Source: Epiperipatus broadwayi (Eukaryota; Animalia; Onychophora). Taken from it: DNA of 64,000 bases. This document shows positions 1 to 13,049 of this stretch, piece by piece. Made by a program: the position numbers and the translations under genes. The notes under the pieces were generated by a model. The model was given only the letters and a program-made list of their open reading frames with translations, ran no database searches and was not told where the DNA came from. Location of the stretch: the NCBI GenBank assembly GCA_028023455.1, contig JAQFVV010000006.1, positions 9,548,001 to 9,612,000 of the forward strand. The letters run 5' to 3'. Positions within the stretch are counted from its first letter, which is position 1. Each line of letters opens with the position of its first letter.

Positions 1-142
1 CCACAAGCAAGTTTCTAGAAAAGTGTTAATAAACAGATCACAATGAAGTATTAAAGATTAGAAGTGGAAGGAATATACAGAATAATATTAATATCATCTG
101 TATTCTTTATTACTTTTTACAATGCTTTTTTACAACCCACTA

Positions 143-182
143 TTGAAGGTTTTGATTGCCCCAGCAATCTTCTTCAGAACTA
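143..182 (-). ncRNA. HH-D hammerhead-like motif (Penelope pLTR-type), degenerate
   Basis: Reverse strand reads CTGAAGA-A-GATTGC-TGGG-GCAATC-AAAAC (GAAA mutated); same family as 21634 and 38221 copies. Confidence 0.45.
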
Positions 183-729
183 TAACAAGCACAATACGGA
201 ATACTATAAAAATATGAACTAAATGATTTTTCACAAGATCAATAGACAATGAAATCGTATTAGCCGTGAGATCTTTGCCAAAAAGGATGATCACAGGCAC
301 TGATGTTATTACAAACACAATATTTATAAAAAAATTACAAACATAATATTTATAAAAAAAATTAAAACAGAAACAATAAAAGTATGGCTAAATTAAGCCA
401 ATTAAACTGGAAAACCAAACAATGACCTAAAAATTAGAAGGAAATCAATTCATTTCTTTACTAAAGAAAAAACTAAAATCACAGCTGTATCATCCATGGA
501 AGCAAGGAAAATAGTACTTTCTTCTAATAATTACGTATTTTTAAAATATTTTTGTATTTATTATATAAAATTTTCTTAATTTTTTTTTCATCAAAAAAGT
601 ACAAAAATCAAGTATTTATCTAGGTGGTTTGTTGAATAAAATACACCAGTTAAAATAAAGAGTATGCTAATAGTTCTATCAACCTTTACCGATAAATGCC
701 GCAAGAGAATGCATTGCATACTCTTTATT

Positions 730-790
730 TTAATTTATAATTACAAGCTTATCAAGTTAAGTCACGTGATGTACGACTTGATTTTATTTA
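730..790. repeat. HH-C family fragment (no ribozyme core)
   Basis: acaagcttatcaagttaagtcacgtgatgtacgacttgat is the reverse complement of 16190-16235 and 63720-63760. Confidence 0.65.
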
Positions 791-1179
791 CTAAAATATA
801 CCAGCTGTTTCCAAAATGCTATTCTCCAAATAATGCTTTCTCACGCTGGTAAAAACGAGAAAATCAACCGTTTATTTATCCTAGCAGATCCATCGAATAA
901 TTTATATCAGTTGGTTTTAGAATGGTGGGCTGTGATATTTTCTCACATTGACACGTCTTCGTTATGTGTGCTACTAAAAGAAATTTTGGAAGTAAATCCA
1001 CAAATAGAAAGATATATCAGCAAACATTATGACATCATGTTGCAATAGTTCAAAGATATTCGCAATAGCTTATACTTCGTCATGTAGGAATTATATGGAA
1101 CATTAATTGGTCTCATATTTTTCAAGTTAAATACGAATATTTAAAACAAATAGTAGTATATAATAATATATAAAATCAT

Positions 1180-1590
1180 TATCATTTTCAATCATTACAG
1201 AACCACTGCAGGAAGAAGGTCTCTCCAAGCTTAATCCAGTTACTCCAATCCCTAGCTTTTCTTTTCTGCAATACAGCAACATATTTCTTATTTCATCTAT
1301 CTTGCGCATGGCCTCTTTCTAGGTCTTTTACAATCTCTTGGGATCCGGTTTAAGACTTCAGTTATCCACCAACTATCAGAGCTCTATTTTCATTTCTTAA
1401 TTCTTTCAATGATGTCAGCGATGTCTGTTTGTTCTCTTATTCATGTATTTAGTTTTTGATTTTTTCTTGTTACTCCTAACATAATTTCTCCATACTCTAT
1501 TGAGTGGTCTGAAATCTCTGTTATCGCTCATCTGTTAAGTATCCAAGTCTTAGATCCATGAGTAAGAATTGGTAAACCACATCCATTAAA
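1180..1590 (-). mobile_element. RTE-clade LINE 3' fragment, degraded
   Basis: Reverse translation gives IREQTDIADIIERIKK...WITEVLNRIPRDCKRPRKRPCAR, the typical RTE ORF C-terminus. Confidence 0.8.
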
Positions 1591-1639
1591 AACATTCCTG
1601 TTCAAACTATAGGCGAATTTCCTTTTAATAGTAAATTGA

Positions 1640-2260
1640 TTTTATAGCATACTTTTTCAACTTCTTTATGCCACTTACTATAAGTTTTAGAAAGCAATGG
1701 CAGTTGCCAGATGACAGTGCTTAACAAATCCTGTTGTTTCCTATCTAAAATCCCTAGATTAGTTTCAAGCTTATGGCTTTCATCAGTGAGGATCTTTGGA
1801 TCTTGGAGCAGCACAATTGGATCTTTAGAATCTAATGCACTCCAGCTCCCATCATTTACCTCTGCATAATACTATCAAACTATCAGGTCAAACTGAAAAA
1901 CATATGTGACCTGCTTGTATAGTCATAGAGAAGTGAATCCAGTTCAGTTTCTATATATTCTGGTCACTTTAGTTGTTTTTTTTACTAAAGACATCAGAAA
2001 TATATAGAAGCTGAACTGGATTCTGTTCTATATGACTATAAATAAAAATTGTCTTAGATTGAAAGCATTTATATCTTTTTCAATTTGATCTAGCTGGAGG
2101 GAAGGTCCTTTAGATCCTGAAGGTCCAGATGCATTGTTCCAAGAATCAAAGCTCTTCACTGATGAAAGCCATAAGAAACTAGTCCAGGGATTTTGAATAG
2201 GAAAACACAGGATAGAGATTTATTAAACAATATGTCATCTGTCAATTGTCATTCCTTTCT
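1640..2260. repeat. HH-A fold-back pair with two degenerate hammerheads (- at ~1742-1802, + at ~2140-2200)
   Basis: gattagtttcaagcttatggctttcatcag (- core) and ctgatgaaagccataagaaactagtc (2159-2184, + core); flanks are inverted copies of each other. Confidence 0.75.
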
Positions 2261-2674
2261 AAAGTACAATAAGTGATATAAAGAAGGTGAAAAAGTATAC
2301 TATTAAAACAGTAGTATATAACTAATCATGTAATAGGTTATGTATATTTTATTTAACTGCTTCTATTAAAACCACTCTATTCAAGTTTAATTCCATGATT
2401 AATTTCATCCAATATGTTACCATCTGTGGTTATTAACTTCTATTTCAAAAAAAATATTTTGTATTTATATTTAATTTTATTACTGTAGTTTATTTTTTAA
2501 ATTTTAATTTTTACGTTTAATGAGATAAATGTTGTATTTATTTTATTGCTTTTTATTTTTTCATATTATATGTTACTATGTTACAGACATTTTAAAATAT
2601 TTAATTAATTTTAATTTATATTTTATTTTGATTTTTTCTTTCTGCATACAAAAGTCTGCAAATATATGAGTTAC

Positions 2675-3087
2675 GTAATATAGGGAGCGTACCAATAGCT
2701 CAAACAAGCTCTTATTGATAGGTAAGCCAAAAGCTCAAAACCAATTGGTCTGGCGATAGAAATGTTCTGGCTCCTCACTGAGGTGAGCCAAAAGCTCGAA
2801 ACCAATTGGTCTGGTGATAAGAATATTCTAGATAGAGATTTTAAATATGATGTTCTAACTCCTCACTGAGGAGAGCCAAAAGCTCGAAAGCAATTGATCT
2901 AGCGTAAGGAATATTCTAGATAGAGATTTTAAATATGATGTTCTAGCTCCTCACTGAGGTGAGCCAAAAGCTCGAAACCAATTGGTTTGGCGATAGGAAT
3001 ATTCTAGATAGAGATTTTAAATATTTTTCTCTTACTGCACTTATCGATAACAGCTTGTTTGAGCTATTGGTACGCTCCCTATATTAC
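2675..3087 (+). mobile_element. HH-B element: tandem 88-bp hammerhead array inside a perfect 36-bp inverted repeat
   Basis: ctgagg at 2778, 2866, 2954 (period 88) plus a partial unit at ~2720; 2675-2710 is the exact reverse complement of 3052-3087. Confidence 0.9.
2762..3005 (+). ncRNA. Three tandem type I hammerhead motifs (HH-B)
   Basis: Unit: CUGAGG(A/U)-GAGC-CAAAA-GCUC-GAAA-CCAAUUG-GUC; helix I atgttct/ggaatat. Each copy has at least one core or helix-III change (A9U at 2778 and 2954; helix III altered at 2866; GUU in third). Confidence 0.8.
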
Positions 3088-3700
3088 ACATTTGTAAATA
3101 CAAGCTTATAAAAGCAATGTCACATAATATATGACTTGCTTTATTCATTATTATACGAGTTATGCTTTATCGATAAGTATTAGCAAACATTGTATTAAAG
3201 ACCCATGATGGCATTCAAAAAACGTTGCTTTTTCTTTACAGTTAATACAAATAGTTTATTTAATTCCATAGATTATATGTAGACAATGTTAACAATAATA
3301 TCTTACATTTTACAGCTGATAATATACGAAGATAAACAACTCTTAACAGTATTGCTGAGCTTAATATTTACTGTAGATGTAAACAATAATAAAAAAAATT
3401 TAACTGCTTTCTCTTAACATCACTGCTCACCTCTGATTTATGATTATGTTGAAAATCAATTGATACACATTGGAGTCTTCTATTAACAAAAATAATTTCT
3501 AGATGTACAGGTTAGTTCGAGGAAAGATCAAAAAGCTTGAGATATCATTGCTAATATATATGCTAAATGAAAAGAATTCAGGGATATCAAAACGAAACCA
3601 ATATGTACTTTACTGATTACAAGGTTTTTGATTCATAACAACCCGCCTAAATTGTGAATCTTCAAAGAAAAGTGGATATATGTAAAGCATTTCAATGAAA

Positions 3701-3790
3701 TTAGATGTTATATGTTGGACTATTTCCATCATCTATGAGTGAATGTTGAATGTATGGATGATGGAAATAGTTCAACATATCACATCTAAT
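3701..3790. repeat. Fold-back hairpin of a dispersed repeat (same family as arms at 19525-19920)
   Basis: ttagatgttatatgttggactatttccatcatc ... gatgatggaaatagttcaacatatcacatctaa. Confidence 0.8.
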
Positions 3791-3829
3791 TATATACCAT
3801 CATCACAAACCTTCAGACAAATATTTCAA

Positions 3830-4430
3830 TGAGACAGGCAAGAGTAAATCAGATTGGATTGGAGAAGAAGTAACACAATTTACCAATGTTGCCCTATCTA
3901 TTGAATTAGGATATTAAATATGCGATGAGGAAAGTTAAACTGGATGAAGGTGAATGTGGATTTATGAATTGGTGGAAGAAATATCAATAATTTTAAATAC
4001 GCAGATAAGATCTTAGTTATGGTCAGATAAACAAAACAAATATTATAATGGCACAGGAATCAGATGATTAATGATAGAACCACAGAAGGTATCAATAGTT
4101 TTTGCCTCCTTGAAGCATCTATCAATAATGGAGACGAGAGATTCAATACAGACAGATAGTAGAAAAAACTGCAATGAAAAATCTGGAATAATATTTAGAG
4201 GTAGAGATATATTTTTAATAATGAACATTGAAAGCATTTGAGTTACAATATTTATTGTGAATCTCCCATGGATGTAAATGCTGGACATTAAAAAAAATAA
4301 TAATAAAAGTAGTGGCATGAACAGCAAGAAAAATAAGTATATAGATAGTACATCAGATTAAATCTGAAATTTCACTTAAAGTACAAATAATCAAATTAAA
4401 TTTTACTTATTTTACCACTTCATAAAAAAA
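3830..4430 (+). mobile_element. RTE (BovB/RTE-1-like) reverse transcriptase fragment, degraded
   Basis: IGGRNINNFKYADK (cf. RTE IGGRNINNLRYADD) near 3970-4010; SFCLLEASINN and GCKCWTLKK further on. Confidence 0.75.
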
Positions 4431-4857
4431 TCCAAACCATTAAATACTTTTAGTTTCTGGCCGGGCCGGATTTATGCATAAGCTTAATATATTAATCACA
4501 TTTATTTAAAATTAATATGGTTAATCAAACATGGTCACAACCAATGAGTAGAGAAAAATGATTATATCACTATATAGTATTTCATCTAAAATCTGAGAAC
4601 CCATCGGGTAACCCTGGAGATATAATATCAGTTTTATCTCATACATCAATATAACATTCTGATATTTAAATCAAAATAGTTTAGCATTAAAATAACAAAA
4701 GGTTGACATTATTTACCAGTTTATTTAAATTATCCTTCCCGAATCTTGCATCAAATTGTTTTAGTAATGTACTCAAAATTGTTTGTTCCGTGAAATAGGT
4801 TTATATACATATTATTTTTATTAAACAATCATTAAAAAAGAAGTTTAATCCATTATA

Positions 4858-5205
4858 CATTACGTATTTATATTATTATAAAAAAGGAACAAACCTCCAG
4901 TCTTGCACTTTTACGAATTTATATGCGCTCGCACGTGAACATCAGTCTGAAAAGCGTTGTGTATGCTTATACTCAGAGCTTATCTATATATAAGCCAACA
5001 TTTGCTTACCATGCTAAAATCAGGGCTTTAATCTATTGTGTGCCTGAATTATAAATTGTTAATTGAATTGTATAAACATATTGGGTCTGTAGCAGTAGAG
5101 AGATAGAATCGCATTTTTAACAACCTGCGATTAGAAATACATAATAAATTTTGAAACTGATGCTCATGCGTGGTTCCTTTTTTTATAATATAACATACGT
5201 AGTCT
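4858..5205. repeat. Inverted-repeat-bounded element of unknown family
   Basis: tacgtatttatattattataaaaaaggaac (4861) vs gttccttttttataataacatacgta (~5173-5200); inner acatcagt/actgatg. Confidence 0.55.
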
Positions 5206-5989
5206 GCGCTATATAAATAATAAACTATTTGATATAATTATTGCTGTTTTATTAAGATATTATCATATGATTTATTCAAATTATTTTTATTATATCCATA
5301 ATTATATCAAATTACTTAGTTTAAATAATGAAATAAGGATATGCTTTTGTTATCAGTGTATAGAGCATTAATTTCTTTTGCTTTTCTAGGAATCCATTTA
5401 TTGAAATTAGTAATTTTATTTGCATTATTCATATGATTAAATGGCTCTGGAAAAAACTTCAAAAAATTTTTAGTTTAGAATATCACCAATCTTACATTTG
5501 TCCCTATTTCCCAGAAAGATTAATGATGAAAGAAGATGAAAATGAACATGATGATAATAGAGAATATACTATTGAAAAGAATCCAGAAATATCAATTAGA
5601 ATGAAGTGATTCTAAAGAAATGATCCAAATATGATCACCAAAACTAAAAACAGTTTAAAGATACATTCAAAAATTTGGTAAAAAATAAAATGTCAAAATC
5701 AGCAGTGAAAGAAAAAGACATTGCTATGAAGCTATGAAAACAAACGGAAATATAATCTTCCAAAAAATATGAGACAAATAAATAAAGATTTAAACCCTCT
5801 AGAAAATGTTCCAATAACAATGAAACAAGAATTCTATCATGTAACAACAAAGAAATTACTGATTTAGAAATTCCACTGCCAGATAAAACCAATATTTAAG
5901 ATGAAAATTTTTAATAAAATAAAATAAAATGAATAATAGTAATATATCTAGAAGTAGCTTATTAGCTTTCTTCCATTGTGAACTATGTC

Positions 5990-6330
5990 ATCTAATGTAA
6001 GCTTCGGTAATTAATGGATGCAATTGGTAATGCTTTATAAAACCCTATCCAGTATTTTCCTATCCAATATCCATAGAGTAGTTTCAAGATTACAGCTTTC
6101 ATCAATGAGAAGTTTGGATTTTGGATCAATGCATCTGGAAAGGAAGTAAAAGACAGTTGTCAGAAGGAAGGTGCATGAGATCCTAAAGATTTAGATGCAG
6201 TCCAAGATATAAAGCTTCTAAGATGAAAGCCATAAAACCAGAAACTAGTCTGGGGATATTCATTAAGCATTATAGTTGGCCATCTATTAATTATTAAAGC
6301 TTATAGTAGATGGCATAACTGTGGTAAAAG
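5990..6330. repeat. HH-A fold-back pair, degenerate hammerheads
   Basis: - core ~6075-6125 (gagtagtttc...tttcatcaatg); + core ~6225-6262 (gatgaaagccataaaaccagaaactagtctgggg). Confidence 0.65.
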
Positions 6331-6479
6331 GTAAAAATGTAGGCTGTTGAAAATCAATGTGCAAGTTTGAGTCATGTGATAGTCGTCTAATATATCTAGG
6401 ATTGATGAAGATTAAGTACAAAAATTTTTTACCAACAATGAAAAAAAAAAATTGTTATTTATAAGACGAGAAATTCTTC

Positions 6480-6690
6480 AAATATATTTTCCTGTTAAAA
6501 CAGCAACTCTCCATATAGTAGCGCCACCCAGTGCAAGCCATACTAATCAACAGATGCAACGTTTGTGCATAAAATCTCTATCTAGTGCCTACCCATCCAA
6601 TATTCCCTGACTAGCTTGTGGCTTTTCATCAATGAAGAGCCTTGGATCTAAGAACATTCCACCTACATCATGGTGATCATGTGATGTTTA
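6480..6690 (-). repeat. HH-A copy with partial core deletion
   Basis: aactctccatatagtagcgccacccagtgcaagcc...catccaatattccctgactagcttgtggcttttcatc. Confidence 0.75.
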
Positions 6691-7199
6691 ATGATTTATA
6701 TTTTTCCGAAAGCATTCTTACTCTAGAAACACTTCAATGCTGCTATGACTTCTAAAACTTTCATTCTAGCGTTAAAATTAAATAAATAATCAATTGGCTT
6801 TATTGCTTGGGACTAATTAAGAAATTTGAATCAGAAGTAATAGAGCTAGGCAACAATTGGTCATTGTGCATCACATGATCAACTCATCATCACATTCTTT
6901 GTTTACACCTTGCTATTCATTGATATAATTTTCTATTTTCATTATTTTTATGACATATAGGGTAAGCTTTAGATGTGATATGGCGGTGCTTAATTAATCC
7001 TTAAGAAACTAACAGGGGCTTTTTGGATGTGACAACACTGAATAGGGATTTAATTGCCTATGCTATAAAAGTGGTGAGAATAGAAGATTGTGTTAATTCA
7101 TAGAAATAGTTGACGAAAATATTAAGTTAATATTAGAGAAATATTACCAAATTCACCACTTCCTTTATTTTGCTGTAATATATAAATGCAATATATCTG

Positions 7200-7395
7200 T
7201 TCTACTTTGAACACTTTTTAACAAAAAACTTGCTGTACATATATGCAAACACAATCTTAGGTTTCGACTGTCCTGGATTTTTAAAAATTAAAGTAAAAGT
7301 GGCTCTGAAAAAGACTGTAGGGCAATCGAAACTTAAGACTGTATGCATATACCTACAATAAAGTTTTTTTGCTAAAAAGAATTCAAAGTAGACTA
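7200..7395. repeat. Fold-back with HH-D-like degenerate core
   Basis: Arms ~7200-7275 and ~7320-7395; ctgaaaaagactgtagggcaatcgaaac at ~7304-7331. Confidence 0.5.
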
Positions 7396-10300
7396 GATAA
7401 ACTGCATTAATATTTGACAGCTATATTTATTGAATACTTATTCTTGCTCAATAAAGTAGAAATGATTGATAAAATAAAATAAATAACGACTGATTATAAA
7501 AATATACGGACAGATTGATTTTAGACATGTCATATATGAAGCTGCAATTGATATGCGAATAAAAAATCAAGACAACTAGCAATGAGGGGGATAGATGCAT
7601 ATTGTCAGAATGAATGCCATCAAAAAAATAGAATAGATGTTAGGTCATTCTGAAGAAATGTCATTAATATAATTATTACGAGTCGATGCCGACTTGACGG
7701 CATCTTATATAAGGATCATTGAACAAAAACTAGGATCTACATAACTTAGGTATTAGAGATATTTGGGTCAACTTGTTGGCACTAATAATAAAATAATTAT
7801 TTTTTTAAAATGTTTTTACATTAGTTACGCATTAGAAGAAATTTTTTTAAAATAAATAAATAAATAGTAATAATAAAAATGGGGGAGGGGAAGTTCTTCC
7901 AGAACGTTATTAAATTCATTAAGGCTCGTAACCAAGTCAAACAATATACTGCTGATGGCAACAAATGCTTGACAAGTGCTTATAATCAGATCCTAGCAAT
8001 AAAATCCGATTTCTAAACGAAGGATAGTTATAGTTTTAAATATCTTAATAAACTAATTAAATTTCAGCTTGGCGGAAAAAGGAAGAATCTCATAACGTTT
8101 TACGAAAAGGTAGTCATCCAAAAGCAGGTGGTTTCCTCTCCACTGACAGCAACTATTGTTTATTTTAGTGCTTTATTAGGAATTGATTTTCTTACAGCGT
8201 ACATTTTAATTTTCTCAATTTTGTCACCTGTTTATACTGAATTAAAATTGCGACTAATAAAAAAATAATAATAATTAAAGTTTTAACAAATTAAATATAA
8301 ATATAATAAATCCTACCGAAAACAGTCGGTATGCCATTCGGAATTCAGTGCTTGCAAGAAATGGTCATCTTCAATTACTTTACGACATCCTGAACACAAT
8401 GTTACGTCATCTAGTATTTAAATATTAAAGAAATAAAAGAGATAGCTTTTAACTCGTGTCATTATGACATTATCATACCTAGGAAATTTGTTATTCTTAA
8501 ATTAAGTTTCAACTATACCTTCTGCCTTTTCCATAATTCAAACATGGCAGATATAAACATTACTGAGCATGCTCGTTATCTGTAGTAAAGCCAAGAATTT
8601 AACTCATTTACTAGTAAACCTATTTGGTTTCCTTAATATTGGGCTGAGTAATAACTATTCTATAAATTTTGCTAGAAAAATATTAATTTGTCATTAAACA
8701 GTAACGCCAATCAAAATAAATAGAAACCTGACGTATTAGAATTTTTAAAACTATTCTCAATTTATCTAAACCGCGAGCGTTTCCATTAAATTAATGGCAA
8801 AGTTTGAGATACTGATTATAACTCGATTAACTATAACCATTAAACTTTGTTTACCAGGAAAAATATTTCAAGTATATATATATATCAGAACCAGGATGTA
8901 GTTTTCGAAGGGCTTTCCGGGTGGGTGATTTATCAAAACTGTTTTTTTTACATATTCGTTATATATAGAAACCCAAATTTTTTATTCGTACTACTTTATT
9001 AACTAATGATTATACTTAATTGCGATGTTAATTAAATACCAATAATGAAAACCGAATTTTATTATGCCATATAGCGAATATATAAACTTAATGACTGACC
9101 CCTTAACGTTAACTTTTTTATCTAATAAGCCCAAGGCTTATAGATCTATTTGATCTCTAATATGCTTTAGTTTGCTTTTGTAATTCAGAGAGTAGTGGCT
9201 CCAGGAGAAAATTATTTCTGTCTTTTTAGGTGATTACAACTTTGAATTAGATCTTTTATAACCTGATACCGCGCTATAACATAAGCTTTTTAATGAATTT
9301 TAGTTTCTCATTTCATCATCAATAGCGGACTAATTCTCTAGTTATTTATGAGCTGGAATTAATCCTGGTATTAATTCAGATATTACTTTAAAAAAAGAAT
9401 CTGAATCCAAAATTTGTTACTATTATATATGTATATGTTTTATAAATCACTAAACATCATATGATCACCATTTTTTACACTGTATAGAAAATACTATCAT
9501 TCCCATTAACCTTTTATATCTTTATATACATTTAAACATTACAAGCATAAAGCTACAGGCCATACTATTAATTTTGATGAAACTAAGGTTGTCTTCTTTG
9601 AGAGAAATGAAATAAAAAAGAATTAAAGAATCTTTATTATTGAAAATTTATTATTCTGAAGCAATTAACTTATTTAAGAGTTCTTTTAATATTAAGGGTG
9701 GATGAGAAGTAAATGGATATATGGGTATTGTCTAATATATATATATGGTGTGTTTTTTGTAGTTCTTTACACTTAAGAAGTCTGCTTGTAGCAGTGAAAC
9801 TTTTGGTTGTTTTAATTTAGTTTTTTCTTGGCTAGTCTGGCTGCATTTTGGATTTGTGGTAATTTTAATTATATTCATTTATACATTCTTTTTTTTTTTT
9901 CAACCTTTATATATATATAAACTCAGCAGATACTTGTTTGTTTAACTAATTAAAATAAGCAGACTGACACCTTCCCCCCTCCCAAAAGATTTAAATAAAG
10001 TTACACATGATTAAACATAAGCAGCTCTCGATTCTAACTTAATTGATAAAGGGGAAAAAACGGAAATCAGTCTGAAAATGGGGATTTAACCGTCTAATAA
10101 TCAATTGTTACTCATACTTGCTATAGATGGCATTGGAGTGCTGCTTTTATTATGTACCGCTGCAAAGTGAGTAATTTGTTATTGAATACATAGATTAACT
10201 AGTTCTGTAGCACTATATTGCTTAGCCATATGGCTTGCAGAAATAATGATTAAGTCTTCAGCAAGGCCTAAGCTGCTTTAGATATATATGAAGGTAAGCA

Positions 10301-11022
10301 GCTCCATCTATCTTCTTAGCTGGCTCCATTTTGGAGTTGACCTTTGATTTATTGTTCTCACACTGCAACATAAACTCTCTTATACTATTTAAGTGTTTCT
10401 CAGTTCATCAATATAGTTCACAGCTAGTATAAATGCTTGTTTGTAGAATTCGAGAACTAATCGGATGATTAGAAAGCAACATAAGTCCCAAATTTGTTAT
10501 TTAGAAAACACTATTGTTGATATCAAGCATACAGTTTTAAGTTTACCAATCATGTTTGTTTACATTTATTAGTTCATCTTTCCCTGCTTTTATTTTCATA
10601 TATGTTTATTTGCCTGTCAGATATTTTTTATATAGCTAATTAAAATGAATGGATAGTGCTTTTGAATTTTTTTTTAATGGCTAATTTAAGAAATCTGTTG
10701 CTCAATGAATAAATACATTTGTGCATGTTTGAGCAATAAATAAATCTAATTATATTTGTTTAATTTTTCTGCTCAAATGCAAGCAAATGACTACATTAGT
10801 GGTCCTATGACCAAGTGATAACATTCACTCATCATCAACAATGTTTTTGCCTTGTTTATCATTCCCATACCATTCTTTATTTTGCAATCTTAATTTTAGA
10901 ACTGCTTCACATGTGAACCGCTTAAGTGGTAGCTCTTTGATTTACTAAAAATTATAAATATTGATAATTTATTTGTTTTTGTAAATGTGTAAAAAGTTTT
11001 TTTAAAACATAAATTCAAGATA

Positions 11023-11410
11023 TTTATAAACAAGGCAAAACTCTCTCCATACAGTAGTGCCAACCAGGGTAATCAATGGGTGTCAGAAGGCTTGTGCATA
11101 AAATCCCTATCTAATGCCTACTCATCCAATATCCCCAGACTAGTTTCTGGCTTGTGGCTTTCATCATTGAGGAGCTTTGGATCTGAGAGCACTGCACCTA
11201 GATCTTAGGATCTAATGTAACCCTCCAGCAACCACCTTTTATCTCTACTTAAACTATAAAACTATGAGAATGAAATTGAAAACACAAATATATTTTCAAT
11301 CTAAGCTTAATAGCTTATATAGTCATATGGGTCTTCTGGCATCCATTGATTACTCTGTTTGGCACAGGGTGGCACTACTGTATGGACATGGTCTTGCCTT
11401 GTTTATAAAC
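11023..11410 (-). mobile_element. HH-A copy (~310 bp) ending in an inverted ~75-bp segment
   Basis: Hammerhead on - at 11124-11182 (C3 mutated to A); tttataaacaaggcaa at the left pairs with ttgccttgtttataaa at the right. Confidence 0.8.
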
Positions 11411-11710
11411 AATAATGTGCTAATATGAGATGGTGATCATGTGATGCTTAATGGTTTAATTCAAGATGTTCTGGTTCAGTGTGCACCTAGGGGATCATAT
11501 ATCTTTTTCACATGTCATTGGTCATATGTTTATGATTACATCCCTCCACAAGGTCTTAAAAGCAAAAAAACACCATTTTCTACTTTCCGTGAGAGAGCTG
11601 TAGTGAAAATTGCACCACAGAAATATTATTCGTTCAGTAATTACTCCTTTTTTTTTATTTGCATTGCTTATTTTAAGTAAAACAAACAGTGCACTTCCTT
11701 TTGTGCTTTT

Positions 11711-11772
11711 AACAATGCTTTTTATAAAGAAGTTTCTGAAGAAGACTATAGAACAGTTGAAACTGTCAGGAA
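11711..11772 (+). ncRNA. HH-D hammerhead-like motif, degenerate helix II
   Basis: ctgaagaagactatagaacagttgaaactgtcag. Confidence 0.4.
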
Positions 11773-12014
11773 TATTTTAACAAAAAACATGGTTAAAAGT
11801 GCAAGAAATGCTTTATTGTTTTAACAAAACAAAATTGTCTTTTGATAAGAATATTTCAGAGAACTAAGCTAAGCTTTTTTTTTTTATTAGAAAGGATATA
11901 AATAAAAAACTATTCGAGATAATCGATGCCACCATTATTGTCTTAATTCTATTGACATTGCTTTCTTTTTGAGTTGCATATGATACTTATAATATTTGTG
12001 ATATGAACATTAGT

Positions 12015-12565
12015 CAATGTGATATATAAGGGATTCGAACTCAGACTTTCACACAATCCTCAACTCTCCATGCCATCTCATATTGCTGACCCACCTGATC
12101 CTACACATGTTGAAAAGATAAATAATCACCAATATCCGTATTTGATGCTAAACCAGCAATTATCTGTTGGTCCAAATTACTATCTCCATATATATACAAT
12201 CAGTGCTCAGCTTTATATTAAGATAGACAATCTTCATATTTTAATGGACAGACTTCAAACTACTTCAACCCACAACTCTTCAACCATCGATTTCATTGAA
12301 AATCTGTGATGGAATGTTCAAAGCCCATGTTAGTGCCAAGGTTGTCATCCTACTCATGTGCTATCTTAATATAAAGCTGAGCTCTGATTGTATAGATGTG
12401 TGGAGATAGTAATCTGGACCAACTGGTTAATGCTGGTTTAGCATGAAATACGTATATTGGTGATCATTTATCTTTTCAACATGTGTATGATCAGGTGGGT
12501 CAGCAATATGAGATGGCATGAAGAGTTGAGGGTTGTGTGAAAGTCTGAGTTCGAATCATTTATAT
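12015..12565. mobile_element. HH-E fold-back pair (- copy 12015-12360, + copy 12358-12565)
   Basis: Second part is the reverse complement of the first; + hammerhead ~12408-12466 has intact helix III AUACGUAU but a mutated CUGAUGA; B-box-like gagttcgaatc at 12547-12557. Confidence 0.85.
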
Positions 12566-13049
12566 ATTACATTATATATGTGCAGGTGTGTGTAAACCTG
12601 TACAGTGTATTAATTAGTCAATGTGGTAATTATAAACTAAATATTAGGGAATATTGGATCATCATTCCTTGTAAATATTTAGAGAACACAATTATTTCCT
12701 AAAAAATAAGTTATGCAATTAGATGTGATTGAATTATTAATAACTAGATATAGTTATTACAAATAAAATAAAAAAATTGGCTTAATATTAAAAATGTCTG
12801 CTCATATAAATATATAAACATTTAATCTATATGCATACAATTAAAGTAAAAATGCAATTATTATACTGACGACTAATCTATTCTAAAGATAGAGAAATGT
12901 AAACTAGCTGTCATGGTACGCTCTGACTAAAACCAGTCACTTCCAGGCATTAATTGGATCTCAAAATATCCATAGGCATTTGCTCTATATATCTAAATAA
13001 TTTTAAATCTATCAAATTACAAATCTGATTATTTAAGTGCAAGTGTATA

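Noticed and set aside
2720-3020. CRISPR-like regular repeats
   Set aside because: Whole 88-bp units repeat with no unique spacers, the context is eukaryotic and there are no cas genes; better explained as a hammerhead array.
5500-5900. Acidic, purine-rich stretch as a piggyBac-like N-terminus or exon
   Set aside because: Multiple stops and no recognisable motif.
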